A DNA stretch of 40,327 nt from an uncultured Mycoplasmatales bacterium (GTDB lineage Bacteria; Bacillota_I; Bacilli_A; UBA3375). Shown piece after piece: positions 18,449-27,142 of this stretch; the first letter of the stretch is position 1, and each line of letters opens with the position of its first letter. Position numbers and translations under genes: made by a program. Under the pieces are notes generated by a model, which saw only the letters and a list, made by a program, of their open reading frames with translations, did no database searches and had not been told where the DNA came from. The DNA is taken from positions 1-40,327 of the forward strand of contig CAZFWW010000001.1 in the NCBI GenBank assembly GCA_964522645.1, given 5' to 3'.

Positions 18449-19231
18449 ATGAAATTATTTTTTAGTGATGTTGATAATACGCTAGTTAAAAAGGGTGAAG
18501 AATTTACACCCGAAATAAAAGAAGCAATTAAAAAAGTTCAATTAAGTGGGGATGAATTTGTTCTTTGCTCAGGAAGACCTGCTATTAACTTAATTAAACT
18601 GGCAAACCAACTACGAAGTGAAAAGATTATGGTTAATTATGTTAGTGGGTTTAACGGAGGAACAATCTATGATTTAAATAAAGAGGAAATAATTTATCAA
18701 AATGGTTTAAATTTAAGTGATGTTCAGATAATAACTTCAGTTTTAAAAAAATATCATCTCGACTACTTATTATATGATGAAACAGAAATATTAACATCGA
18801 ATCTAAATAATCAATGGGCAATTTTTGAGAGTGAGCTAAATGGAATCAAACTAAAACTTGAACCCAAACTAATTGCTTCTGTTAAAGTACTTGGACTAGT
18901 TGAACCGGCTTTAATGAAAGAAAAAATCAATAAAATTAAAAAGGAATTACCAAATTATACAATTGTTAATTCAACACCATTTTTCATTGAGATTACAAAA
19001 GCAGGAGTTAATAAAGGAACTGGTTTAATGGTTATGCAAAAGCACCTAGATGTTAAAACTCAAGATTTATTTGTTTTTGGTGATGCAATGAATGATTATG
19101 AAATGTTTAAGGTTGCAAACAATTGTATATGTGTTGAAAATGCCGTTGATCAATTAAAACAAATTGCAACAGAGATAACAGAATCAGTAGAGGATAATGG
19201 AGTTGCTAATTATTTAAATAAAATTTACTAG
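18449..19231 (+). CDS. Cof-type HAD-IIB hydrolase
   Basis: SDVDNTL, CSGR, FNGG, VNKG, FGDAMND; GGAGG RBS before ATG 18449. Confidence 0.9.
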   Translation: MKLFFSDVDNTLVKKGEEFTPEIKEAIKKVQLSGDEFVLCSGRPAINLIKLANQLRSEKIMVNYVSGFNGGTIYDLNKEEIIYQNGLNLSDVQIITSVLKKYHLDYLLYDETEILTSNLNNQWAIFESELNGIKLKLEPKLIASVKVLGLVEPALMKEKINKIKKELPNYTIVNSTPFFIEITKAGVNKGTGLMVMQKHLDVKTQDLFVFGDAMNDYEMFKVANNCICVENAVDQLKQIATEITESVEDNGVANYLNKIY

Positions 19232-19257
19232 TATTTAAGGTAAGTTATAACTAATCT

Positions 19258-19283
19258 CACTCAAAGTAATTGAGTGGCTTTTT
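19258..19283 (+). terminator. Probable intrinsic terminator
   Basis: cactcaa-agtaa-ttgagtg then gcttttt. Confidence 0.55.
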
Positions 19284-19321
19284 ATTTAATAAAATGCTAT
19301 AATTTTTCTAAAGGAGAGAAA

Positions 19322-19573
19322 ATGAGTTTTAATCATTATGCTAAGTGTGCAAAAATTTATTTGGATAATCCAGGATGTAAAATAGTTAAAATTAATCGCC
19401 CAACTAAAACCCAAAGATTTGATGGTAGTTATAATTATTATGATTATTATTATCGACTTGTTGATAAGCAAGGTAATAAAATTAAATATGGAAAATTTCA
19501 ACAACTTGATAAATTAAGTCAATATTTAAAGTTAGAACTTAAAGTCGATGAAGAATTAGAATTTGATTTATAA
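19322..19573 (+). CDS. Small hypothetical protein (MSFNHYAK...KFQQLD)
   Basis: Own TGCTATAAT promoter and AAGGAG RBS before ATG 19322; 83 aa. Confidence 0.7.
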   Translation: MSFNHYAKCAKIYLDNPGCKIVKINRPTKTQRFDGSYNYYDYYYRLVDKQGNKIKYGKFQQLDKLSQYLKLELKVDEELEFDL

Positions 19574-19703
19574 TTTTAAAAATAATAATTAATGAGAGAA
19601 TTTAAAAATTTTTATAAAATTATGAAAAAAAAAGCGTTCCAATTACTAGGTAGAAAAGTATTATCTGATATAATATAGTTATGAAAGTATTAAGAGGAGT
19701 AAT

Positions 19704-20159
19704 ATGAAGACAAAAACATTTGCAATGATTAAACCCGGAGCAATTCATCGTGGATTAGCCGGTGAAATCATTAAACGTTTTGAACATCGAGGATTATCAA
19801 TAGTTGGAATGAAAATAATTAATGTTACAGAAAAGCAAGCCAAAGAACACTATCAGGTTCACGAAAGTAAGCCCTTTTACCCAAATTTAGTTAGTTATAT
19901 TATGTCAGGACCAGTCATTGTATTAGTAATTAAAGGAGAAAATGTAATTGAACTTGTACGGAATATGGCAGGGAAAACGGATCCAATCCAAGCTTTACCA
20001 GGAACAATTCGTGGTGATTTCTCTGCAGATATTCAAAATAATATAATCCATACATCGGATTCACCTGAAACAGCAGTTCATGAAATCGGAATCTATTTTG
20101 CTGAAAATGAAATTATTGATTACAAGCGAGTGACAGACAATTGGTCAAATCATTCATAA
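19704..20159 (+). CDS. ndk: Nucleoside diphosphate kinase
   Basis: TFAMIKP, HY..H..KPF, SGPV, PGTIRGDF, NIIHTSDS. Confidence 0.97.
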   Translation: MKTKTFAMIKPGAIHRGLAGEIIKRFEHRGLSIVGMKIINVTEKQAKEHYQVHESKPFYPNLVSYIMSGPVIVLVIKGENVIELVRNMAGKTDPIQALPGTIRGDFSADIQNNIIHTSDSPETAVHEIGIYFAENEIIDYKRVTDNWSNHS

Positions 20160-20215
20160 TAATAAATCAAATTGTTGAGTTGGATTTTTTGTTATAATTA
20201 ATGTAAAGGAGTTTT

Positions 20216-20632
20216 ATGAAGAAAAAAATTGTTATTATAATTATGCTGGTTTTTGGACTATCAGGTTGTAATTCGCAAGAACAAGCACAAACAACAAGTG
20301 CTGATAATAATCTGGTTCAAGTTGATCCAATCAAAAGATTAATGTCAGCAAAAGACGTTAATTTAAACGAAAATTATCAATTTGCGGTAACAGACAAAAT
20401 TGGTGATAATGAAAATATTGACTATTATAAATTATCAAAAGTATTAGAAATCCAAACAGCAAATGATTCGGATTATGTTTTATATTCTTCAGCCGAAGAT
20501 ACACAAGACATTAATAATATGAAAGCCCAATCATTTAGTGGAGATCTCAAAATTGATATTAGTGAAACAACATATTTTGTACTTCAAGCAATTGATCGAC
20601 CAATTGAGGTTACGATTTCAACAATGGAATAA
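20216..20632 (+). CDS. Hypothetical lipoprotein
   Basis: MKKK + hydrophobic stretch + LSGC lipobox; TGTTATAAT promoter and AAGGAG RBS. Confidence 0.7.
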   Translation: MKKKIVIIIMLVFGLSGCNSQEQAQTTSADNNLVQVDPIKRLMSAKDVNLNENYQFAVTDKIGDNENIDYYKLSKVLEIQTANDSDYVLYSSAEDTQDINNMKAQSFSGDLKIDISETTYFVLQAIDRPIEVTISTME

Positions 20633-20658
20633 AAATAACCTTCAAAATTTATTACCTT

Positions 20659-20692
20659 GAAACTGAATTATAATTATTAATTCAGTTTTTTT
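20659..20692 (+). terminator. Intrinsic terminator
   Basis: gaaactgaatta...taattcagttttttt. Confidence 0.75.
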
Positions 20693-20835
20693 ATGTTCAA
20701 ACAAATATTATAAAAGTTTAACTAAATAGATTAGGTAAGTTCCAATAAAACATCGTCATATTAAAAATAATTTAACCATTATTAACCATCAAAAATATAT
20801 TACTCAAACTTAACCATTTATTTTTCGAATTTATG

Positions 20836-20844
20836 TGGTATAAT
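20836..20844 (+). promoter_or_regulatory. Extended -10 promoter (TGGTATAAT) for the PRD regulator
   Basis: tggtataat 19 nt before the start; gagggg RBS. Confidence 0.6.
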
Positions 20845-20863
20845 AACTACGTTAAGAGGGGAA

Positions 20864-22585
20864 ATGATGAATTTAAAAGAACGACAAAGTTTACTTTTAA
20901 AAATTCTTATTGAGTATAACAATAAAATTAGCTTAGAAGAATTAATCAGTAAGTTGCAAATTAGCTTAAAAACACTTAAAAATGATATAAAACTAATTAA
21001 TGATATAATTAGTCCTTTTGCAAGTGAAATTATCATTGAAAAAAATAAAGTTCATTTCAAAACCCGCCATAAACAGAGCTATTGGTTAAATGTTTTAGCA
21101 CTGAATCAACAACTATCAACTACAGAATTAATTAAAGCAACTTTATTAATTACTCCTAATTATATTACCTCATATGATTTAGCAAATATGTGTTTTACAT
21201 CAAAATCTAATGTCGAAAAAATTATTGGTAATTTAGTGTGGAAACATTGCTTAGTTAAAGCGGTGAGAAATCGTGGTTATATCGTTACTAGTAGTAAAGA
21301 AGATAAAATGAAAGAATTCTGGAGCCTAATTTATAATTATATTGATCCCTTAAATTATGAATTAACTACCAAAAGAATTTTAAGTAAAATTTTTCCGATT
21401 GAGGATCAAAAATACGGACAAGCAATTGATGAAACAAAAGCATTAATAATCAAATATGACATTAAGCACAATGATATAATTATGTTTAATTTTGCAATAT
21501 CTTTAATTGGTAAACATATTGAGAGCTTAAAATTGAGTGAATCAAATCTAGAAACGTTGTTTAATTTACAAAACATTCAAACCCGAAAAAAAGAAATTGC
21601 AGAAATTGTTAATGAATTTTTATTAGTTAATAACATTAGTAATGTTGACCCCAAAACTTATACACTTTTAGTAAATCATTTAGACGTTCTGTTAAAAAAT
21701 AATTACATAATTGAAAAGCAAAAACTTTCTACAAAATTAGAAGAAATAAAGGAACGTTTTAACTATGCATATGTACTTGCAAATAGTTTAATTGGCGAGT
21801 TGAAAAAAAGATTTTCTTTTAATGTTTGTGAGATAGAATTACTATATATAACTGTTTATATTCAAACAATTATCAATAAAAACTTAGCAGTTATTCGCCC
21901 AGTTGTAATTGTTGTTAGTGAATATAGTGATAGTATTGCCAATTATTTAGCTATTAGAATTCAAGAACAGCTTCCTAGTAAATATGTTGTCAAAACAATG
22001 CCACTGACAGACTTTCAAAACTATAGTGTCACTAATGAAATCATTGTATCAACATTAAAAAATATAGAACGGATTAATTATTTACAAATTAGTCCTTTTC
22101 CCTCAGACGAAGATGTATTTAAAGTAATTAAAATTATTAAAAAGCGGGAAATCTCTCAGCAATTTGATGAATTATTCAAACTTGAAATTAAGCGACTAGT
22201 TCATCCAGATAACTTAATTAAACAAATGGCTCAAGATTTTGTTAAATATAAATTAGCAGATCAAAAATATTTAGAAAGTGTTATTAGTCGATTTAAACAA
22301 AAACTTGCCGTTATCAATAATACCATTATTCTCCATGGAAATTCCAAACATGCTTTTAAAAACCAAATTCTTATTTATAATTTAGAGCAACCAATGAAGT
22401 ATAATGGAGAAATCATTAAAGTTATTATCATATTATTGTTAAACGAAAGTAATTCAGAATATTTTAGTAATATCTCCAAAAATTTATATCGTTTTATTAA
22501 TGACCAGGAATTTGCTCAAGCACTTAGTAGTGATATAAGTTTACAAAAAATTAACTGGTATTTAAAAGGAAATTATTTTACATAA
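20864..22585 (+). CDS. PRD-domain PTS-regulated transcriptional activator (MtlR/LicR/ManR-like, degenerate)
   Basis: N-terminal HTH (ISLKTLKNDIKLIN), second HTH (LANMCFTSKSNVEK...RNRGY), PRD-like LVNHL/ELLYI, EIIB-like and EIIA-like (YLESVISR, IILHG) regions; adjacent PTS. Confidence 0.75.
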   Translation: MMNLKERQSLLLKILIEYNNKISLEELISKLQISLKTLKNDIKLINDIISPFASEIIIEKNKVHFKTRHKQSYWLNVLALNQQLSTTELIKATLLITPNYITSYDLANMCFTSKSNVEKIIGNLVWKHCLVKAVRNRGYIVTSSKEDKMKEFWSLIYNYIDPLNYELTTKRILSKIFPIEDQKYGQAIDETKALIIKYDIKHNDIIMFNFAISLIGKHIESLKLSESNLETLFNLQNIQTRKKEIAEIVNEFLLVNNISNVDPKTYTLLVNHLDVLLKNNYIIEKQKLSTKLEEIKERFNYAYVLANSLIGELKKRFSFNVCEIELLYITVYIQTIINKNLAVIRPVVIVVSEYSDSIANYLAIRIQEQLPSKYVVKTMPLTDFQNYSVTNEIIVSTLKNIERINYLQISPFPSDEDVFKVIKIIKKREISQQFDELFKLEIKRLVHPDNLIKQMAQDFVKYKLADQKYLESVISRFKQKLAVINNTIILHGNSKHAFKNQILIYNLEQPMKYNGEIIKVIIILLLNESNSEYFSNISKNLYRFINDQEFAQALSSDISLQKINWYLKGNYFT

Positions 22586-22678
22586 TCAAATAAGCACACT
22601 CCTTTTCCAAAACATTGGGAAAATTGTGTGTTTATTTTTTATTATTATTAGGTATAATTAAAATGAAAAGGAGAAATT

Positions 22679-24529
22679 ATGATGTTTAAAGAAAGTTTAA
22701 TATTGAAAACAGATGTAACAAACAAAAATGATGTGTTTAATTTAATTACAGATAATTTAATTTCAAATGGCTTGGAAATTAATAAGGAAGAAGTTATTAC
22801 ACGTCTAAAAGAACGGGAAGCTCAAGTAAGTACTGGATTTGAATCCGGGATTGCTATTCCCCATGCTAAGATTAGTAACATTACAGAACCTGTTATTACA
22901 ATCGTTCGTGCCCATGAAATCGATTGGCCAAGTTTTGATGGTAATCCAACCGATTTTATTATTAACATTCTTGTTCCTGAAGATCAAGGTGGAGAACATT
23001 TAAGAATATTAGCAAATCTTACACGAAAGTTAATCAGTAAAGAGTTTATTGTTGAATTAAAAACCGCTGATAATCAAAAGTTAGTAACATTAATTAATGA
23101 AATTGCTACTAAAACTGATGATGAACCTGCTATTGCTAAAGGCACAAAGGGATCATTTGTTGCAATTACTTCATGTCCAATGGGAGTTGCTCACACATAT
23201 ATGGCAGCAGAAAGTTTAGAAAAATATGCTAGAGAACATGGATTTAATGCAAAGGTTGAAACTCAAGGAACAGTTGGAACAGAAAATGAATTAACTGAAA
23301 TAGATATTAAAAATGCTGATTTTGTAATAATTGCCGCAGATCGTCAAGTTGAACTTCACAGATTTAATGGTAAAAAAATAATTGAAGTATCAACAAAAAC
23401 GGCCATTAATAAACCGGATAGTATTTTTAATAAATTAGAAACCGCAACAATTTATAATGCTGAAAAGGTTAATAACAATCCGAAAAAAACAGAAGGAAAT
23501 GAAATTATGAAAGCACTTATGAATGGTGTTTCATATATGCTACCACTTGTTGTAGTTGGAGGATTATTCTTAGGTTTATCACTTGCTTTTGGTGGTGAAG
23601 CAACGCCAAATGGATTGATTATTCCTGAAGATAGTTTTTGGTTTACAATCCAAAATGTCGGAATCGTTGGTTTCACTTTAATGATTCCAATTTTAGCAGG
23701 ATATATTGCTCATGCCCTTGGTGGTCGAGCAGCACTCGCACCTGGTTTAATTATTGGTTGGATTGCAAACAATGGTAGTTTTTATAACTCTGAGGCAAAT
23801 GCTGGATTTTTAGGAGCTATTATCGGAGGAATTTTAGTTGGTTACTTTGTGCGATATTTTGCAAAATTAAAGTTGCCAAAAAACTTGCAATCAATTATGC
23901 CAATTTTAATAATTCCGATTGTATCTACATTCGTAACATCTGTTATTTTTATCTTTATCATTGGTAAACCAATTGCTTTAGCATTTATGACATTATCAGA
24001 CTTTTTATCAGGACTACCTGCAGAACAAATGGTTTTAATTGGGGCAATTCTTGGAGCAATGATTGCCGTTGATATGGGTGGACCAATTAATAAAACAGCA
24101 ATGCTTTTTGCCATTGGAATGATAGCACACGGTCAACCAGAATTTATGGGAATTAATGGGGTAGCAGTTGCAACACCGTCAATAGGAGTAGGATTAGCTA
24201 CAATGTTAAAACCAAAATATTATAGTGAAGATGAAAAAAGTGCTGGTATTGCTTCACTTTTAATGGGGACAGTCGGAATTACCGAAGGAGCAATTCCATT
24301 TGCAGCTGCCTATCCAAAAGAAATCTTTCCTGCAAACATTATCGGTGCAATGGTTGGGGGAATGATTGCCGCGTTCTTTAGTGTTACAAATGTTGTTCCA
24401 CATGGTGGAATTATCATTGCATTTACTGGTGGCGTAAATTCTCCAGTAGTCTTTATTACAGCAATAATTATTGGTTCATTAGTTACAGCACTAATTGCAA
24501 ATGGATTAATGAGTAGAAAAATGAAATAA
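22679..24529 (+). CDS. Fructose-family PTS permease EIIABC
   Basis: EIIA GIAIPHAK; EIIB TSCPMGVAHTYMAAE, KVETQG; EIIC DMGGPINK, GITEGAIPF. Confidence 0.92.
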   Translation: MMFKESLILKTDVTNKNDVFNLITDNLISNGLEINKEEVITRLKEREAQVSTGFESGIAIPHAKISNITEPVITIVRAHEIDWPSFDGNPTDFIINILVPEDQGGEHLRILANLTRKLISKEFIVELKTADNQKLVTLINEIATKTDDEPAIAKGTKGSFVAITSCPMGVAHTYMAAESLEKYAREHGFNAKVETQGTVGTENELTEIDIKNADFVIIAADRQVELHRFNGKKIIEVSTKTAINKPDSIFNKLETATIYNAEKVNNNPKKTEGNEIMKALMNGVSYMLPLVVVGGLFLGLSLAFGGEATPNGLIIPEDSFWFTIQNVGIVGFTLMIPILAGYIAHALGGRAALAPGLIIGWIANNGSFYNSEANAGFLGAIIGGILVGYFVRYFAKLKLPKNLQSIMPILIIPIVSTFVTSVIFIFIIGKPIALAFMTLSDFLSGLPAEQMVLIGAILGAMIAVDMGGPINKTAMLFAIGMIAHGQPEFMGINGVAVATPSIGVGLATMLKPKYYSEDEKSAGIASLLMGTVGITEGAIPFAAAYPKEIFPANIIGAMVGGMIAAFFSVTNVVPHGGIIIAFTGGVNSPVVFITAIIIGSLVTALIANGLMSRKMK

Positions 24530-24556
24530 CCATTAATATTAAACATTAATTTGATC

Positions 24557-24585
24557 AAAAAGAATCCCTAACGGGTTCTTTTCTT
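24557..24585 (+). terminator. Intrinsic terminator
   Basis: aaaagaatccc-taac-gggttcttttctt. Confidence 0.75.
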
Positions 24586-24780
24586 GTAAATAATTTAAAA
24601 ATTAAAATAACTTAAGATCTACCACATAAATTGTTTGGTAGGCAAAAACGAAGAAATAATTCGCTATTTTAGTTGGAAAAAAGCAAAAAAACACAAAGAA
24701 ATTACAAATTTACTCTAAATTTGATATTATAATTATTGACTAGTATGTTAGAAAATATAATTTAGGCTTGAAAGGGAAAA

Positions 24781-25692
24781 ATGAAGAACACATTAATTTT
24801 TGGACATAAAAATCCAGATACAGATACAATCTGCTCAGCACTCGCTTATGCTGAAATCAAAAAACAATTAAACGAAGAGGTTGAAGCAGTTCGTTTAGGA
24901 AATATTAATAAGGAAACGAAATTTGTACTTGATTACTTAGAAATCGAACCACCACGTCAAATTGATAATTTAGAGGATGGTTCAAGTGTAATTTTAGTTG
25001 ATCATAATGAATTTAATCAATCATGTAACAATATTGAAAATGCAAAGATTAAAGAAGTGATTGATCATCATCGTATTGCAAATTTTCAAACAAACGATCC
25101 AATTTATATGAACATTCAACCAGTAGGGTGTACTGCGACAATTTTATATGAAATTGCCGTATTAAATAAGGTAGCTATTACACGTGAAATTGCCATTTTA
25201 ATGATGAGTGCAATTATATCAGATACACTATTATTTAAATCACCAACTTGTACAAGTAAAGATAAAGAAGCAGCATTATTATTAGCAGAACAAACAAAGA
25301 TTGATATTAATGCTTATGGGATTGATATGCTAAAAGCTGGAACGGACTTAAGCGACCATACAGCGGCAGAGTTAATTGCAATTGATTCAAAGGAATTTAG
25401 CACTGAAAATGGGCACTTAGAAGTTGCACAAGTAAATACGGTTGACTTAGAAACTTTCTATAGTGAAAATGAAGCAGAATTAAAATGCGAAATTAATAAA
25501 GTTATTGAGGCGAAAAAATTAGATTTATTTGTATTATTAGTTACAAATATTATGACTAACGATACAAAAGCAATAGTATTAGGAAATAAAGTAAATATTT
25601 TTGAATCAGGACTTAAAACAACTGTGGAAAATGATATTGCATTATTACCAGGGGTTGTAAGCCGTAAGAAACAAGTTGTCCCATTCTTATAA
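24781..25692 (+). CDS. ppaC: Mn-dependent inorganic pyrophosphatase (family II, DHH)
   Basis: GHKNPDTD, LVDHNE, IDHHR, IISDTLLFKSPT, VSRKKQVVP. Confidence 0.96.
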   Translation: MKNTLIFGHKNPDTDTICSALAYAEIKKQLNEEVEAVRLGNINKETKFVLDYLEIEPPRQIDNLEDGSSVILVDHNEFNQSCNNIENAKIKEVIDHHRIANFQTNDPIYMNIQPVGCTATILYEIAVLNKVAITREIAILMMSAIISDTLLFKSPTCTSKDKEAALLLAEQTKIDINAYGIDMLKAGTDLSDHTAAELIAIDSKEFSTENGHLEVAQVNTVDLETFYSENEAELKCEINKVIEAKKLDLFVLLVTNIMTNDTKAIVLGNKVNIFESGLKTTVENDIALLPGVVSRKKQVVPFL

Positions 25693-25740
25693 TATTAAAA
25701 CGATATTTGAAGAGTCATTATTTATTCGAGGAGCAAACCA

Positions 25741-27105
25741 ATGAAATTTATAAAAAATTTATTTAGTAAAAACGAAGTGGAATCAAAAGAAGAAAAAACA
25801 CAACAGAGTGTTGAGAAAAAAGCGAAAAAAAGAACAATGCCGGAAGTAAATGGAAAAGAATTATACCGCATTGAAAAGCAAAAGCGTCGTGCTCGTGCTG
25901 AGCAAGAACGACGTGAAAATGAAAAAAAGATTGAAGCCGAGCGTAAAGAACGTTTAGAACAAATCAAATTAGAGGAAGAACAAATTCGTCTAGAACGTGA
26001 AGCAAAAAAAGCTAATTCAAACAATGATAAAGTAATCGAAAAAGTTGAAAAGGTAAAAAAAGAAGAAGTAAAAGAAGAAAAATTAGACTTATTCGGTTAT
26101 GAAGTTGAATTGTTAAAGCATCATATGATTGTTGATGTAGAAATTTTAAGTGCAGATAATGCAAATTATTATGTTCGTGTTGTTAATAATTTCCAAGAAG
26201 CAATAATGCCAAAAAATGAAACAACAACAGAATTTGCGATTAATGATACAACAAAAGTTGTTGTATATAAATTATACGCAGAAGAATACTACGTTTCACA
26301 AAAACGTGTAGAACAAAAATTACAAGCAGAAGCATTAAATGAAAAATTTGAAAATAATGCTGTCGTTACGGGAACAGTAGTTGCTTATGAGGAACAATTC
26401 TTTACAGTGAAAGTTGAAGAGAATGTTAATGCTCAGGTACATCAATCAAAAATTGATACTAATTTCGTTGATGAAAGTAATGCACATGATTATTTAAATA
26501 AAGAATTATCATTCTTAGTAACAAATAAAAAAATTAATCGTAACCGTTTAACAATCGAACTTAATCGTCGCGATTTAATAAAAAAAGAATTAAAAGAAAA
26601 ATTCGAACAATTCCAAGAAGGGGATCGAATTGTGGCAAGTACATTTGAAGTAAACCGTGGTGGATTTACGTTTGAATACGAAGGATTTGCTGGATTTGTA
26701 CCACTAAGTGAAGTATCACATTATTTCTACAAAAATAGTGAGCAAGCATTCAAGGATTTAGAAGCAGATTTAACAAATGTAGAAGTTGTTATTATTGAAA
26801 AACGAACTAAGAGAACGCCTACTTTGATTTGTTCAATTAAACAAACACAACAAGAACCATGGTCATTTATTAGTGAACATTATCATGTTGGAGATGAATT
26901 AACAAGACCGATTGATCAAAAGAAAGATTATGGATTATTCTTTGAAATTGATGCTAAAATAAAAGGTCTATTACATAAAAATGAAATGTCTTCTGCATTA
27001 ATCGAAGAATTTGATAATGTTACAAATGGTGATACTGTATCATTTATTATTAAAGAAATTGATCTTGAAAACCAAAGAATTGCATTAACAAATATCCAAG
27101 AGTAG
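25741..27105 (+). CDS. Ribosomal protein S1-like protein (four S1 domains) with a ~115-aa N-terminal extension
   Basis: S1 repeats VTGTV..., GFAGFVPLSEVSH, SIKQTQQEPW, YGLFFEI...GLLHKNEM, IDLENQRIAL; GAGGAG RBS before ATG 25741. Confidence 0.75.
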   Translation: MKFIKNLFSKNEVESKEEKTQQSVEKKAKKRTMPEVNGKELYRIEKQKRRARAEQERRENEKKIEAERKERLEQIKLEEEQIRLEREAKKANSNNDKVIEKVEKVKKEEVKEEKLDLFGYEVELLKHHMIVDVEILSADNANYYVRVVNNFQEAIMPKNETTTEFAINDTTKVVVYKLYAEEYYVSQKRVEQKLQAEALNEKFENNAVVTGTVVAYEEQFFTVKVEENVNAQVHQSKIDTNFVDESNAHDYLNKELSFLVTNKKINRNRLTIELNRRDLIKKELKEKFEQFQEGDRIVASTFEVNRGGFTFEYEGFAGFVPLSEVSHYFYKNSEQAFKDLEADLTNVEVVIIEKRTKRTPTLICSIKQTQQEPWSFISEHYHVGDELTRPIDQKKDYGLFFEIDAKIKGLLHKNEMSSALIEEFDNVTNGDTVSFIIKEIDLENQRIALTNIQE

Positions 27106-27129
27106 TAATTTAGTTACTGCTCTTTTTTT
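27098..27129 (+). terminator. Intrinsic terminator
   Basis: agagtagtaa-tttag-ttactgctcttttttt. Confidence 0.7.
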
Positions 27130-27142
27130 AAAAAGGAGAAAA

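Noticed and set aside
19629..19643. CcpA cre-like AAAGCGTTCCA upstream of ndk
   Set aside because: Lacks the 5' TG; only half of the consensus is present
25722..26024. 100-aa antisense ORF
   Set aside because: Mirror of the E/K/R-rich repetitive codons of the S1 extension; no RBS
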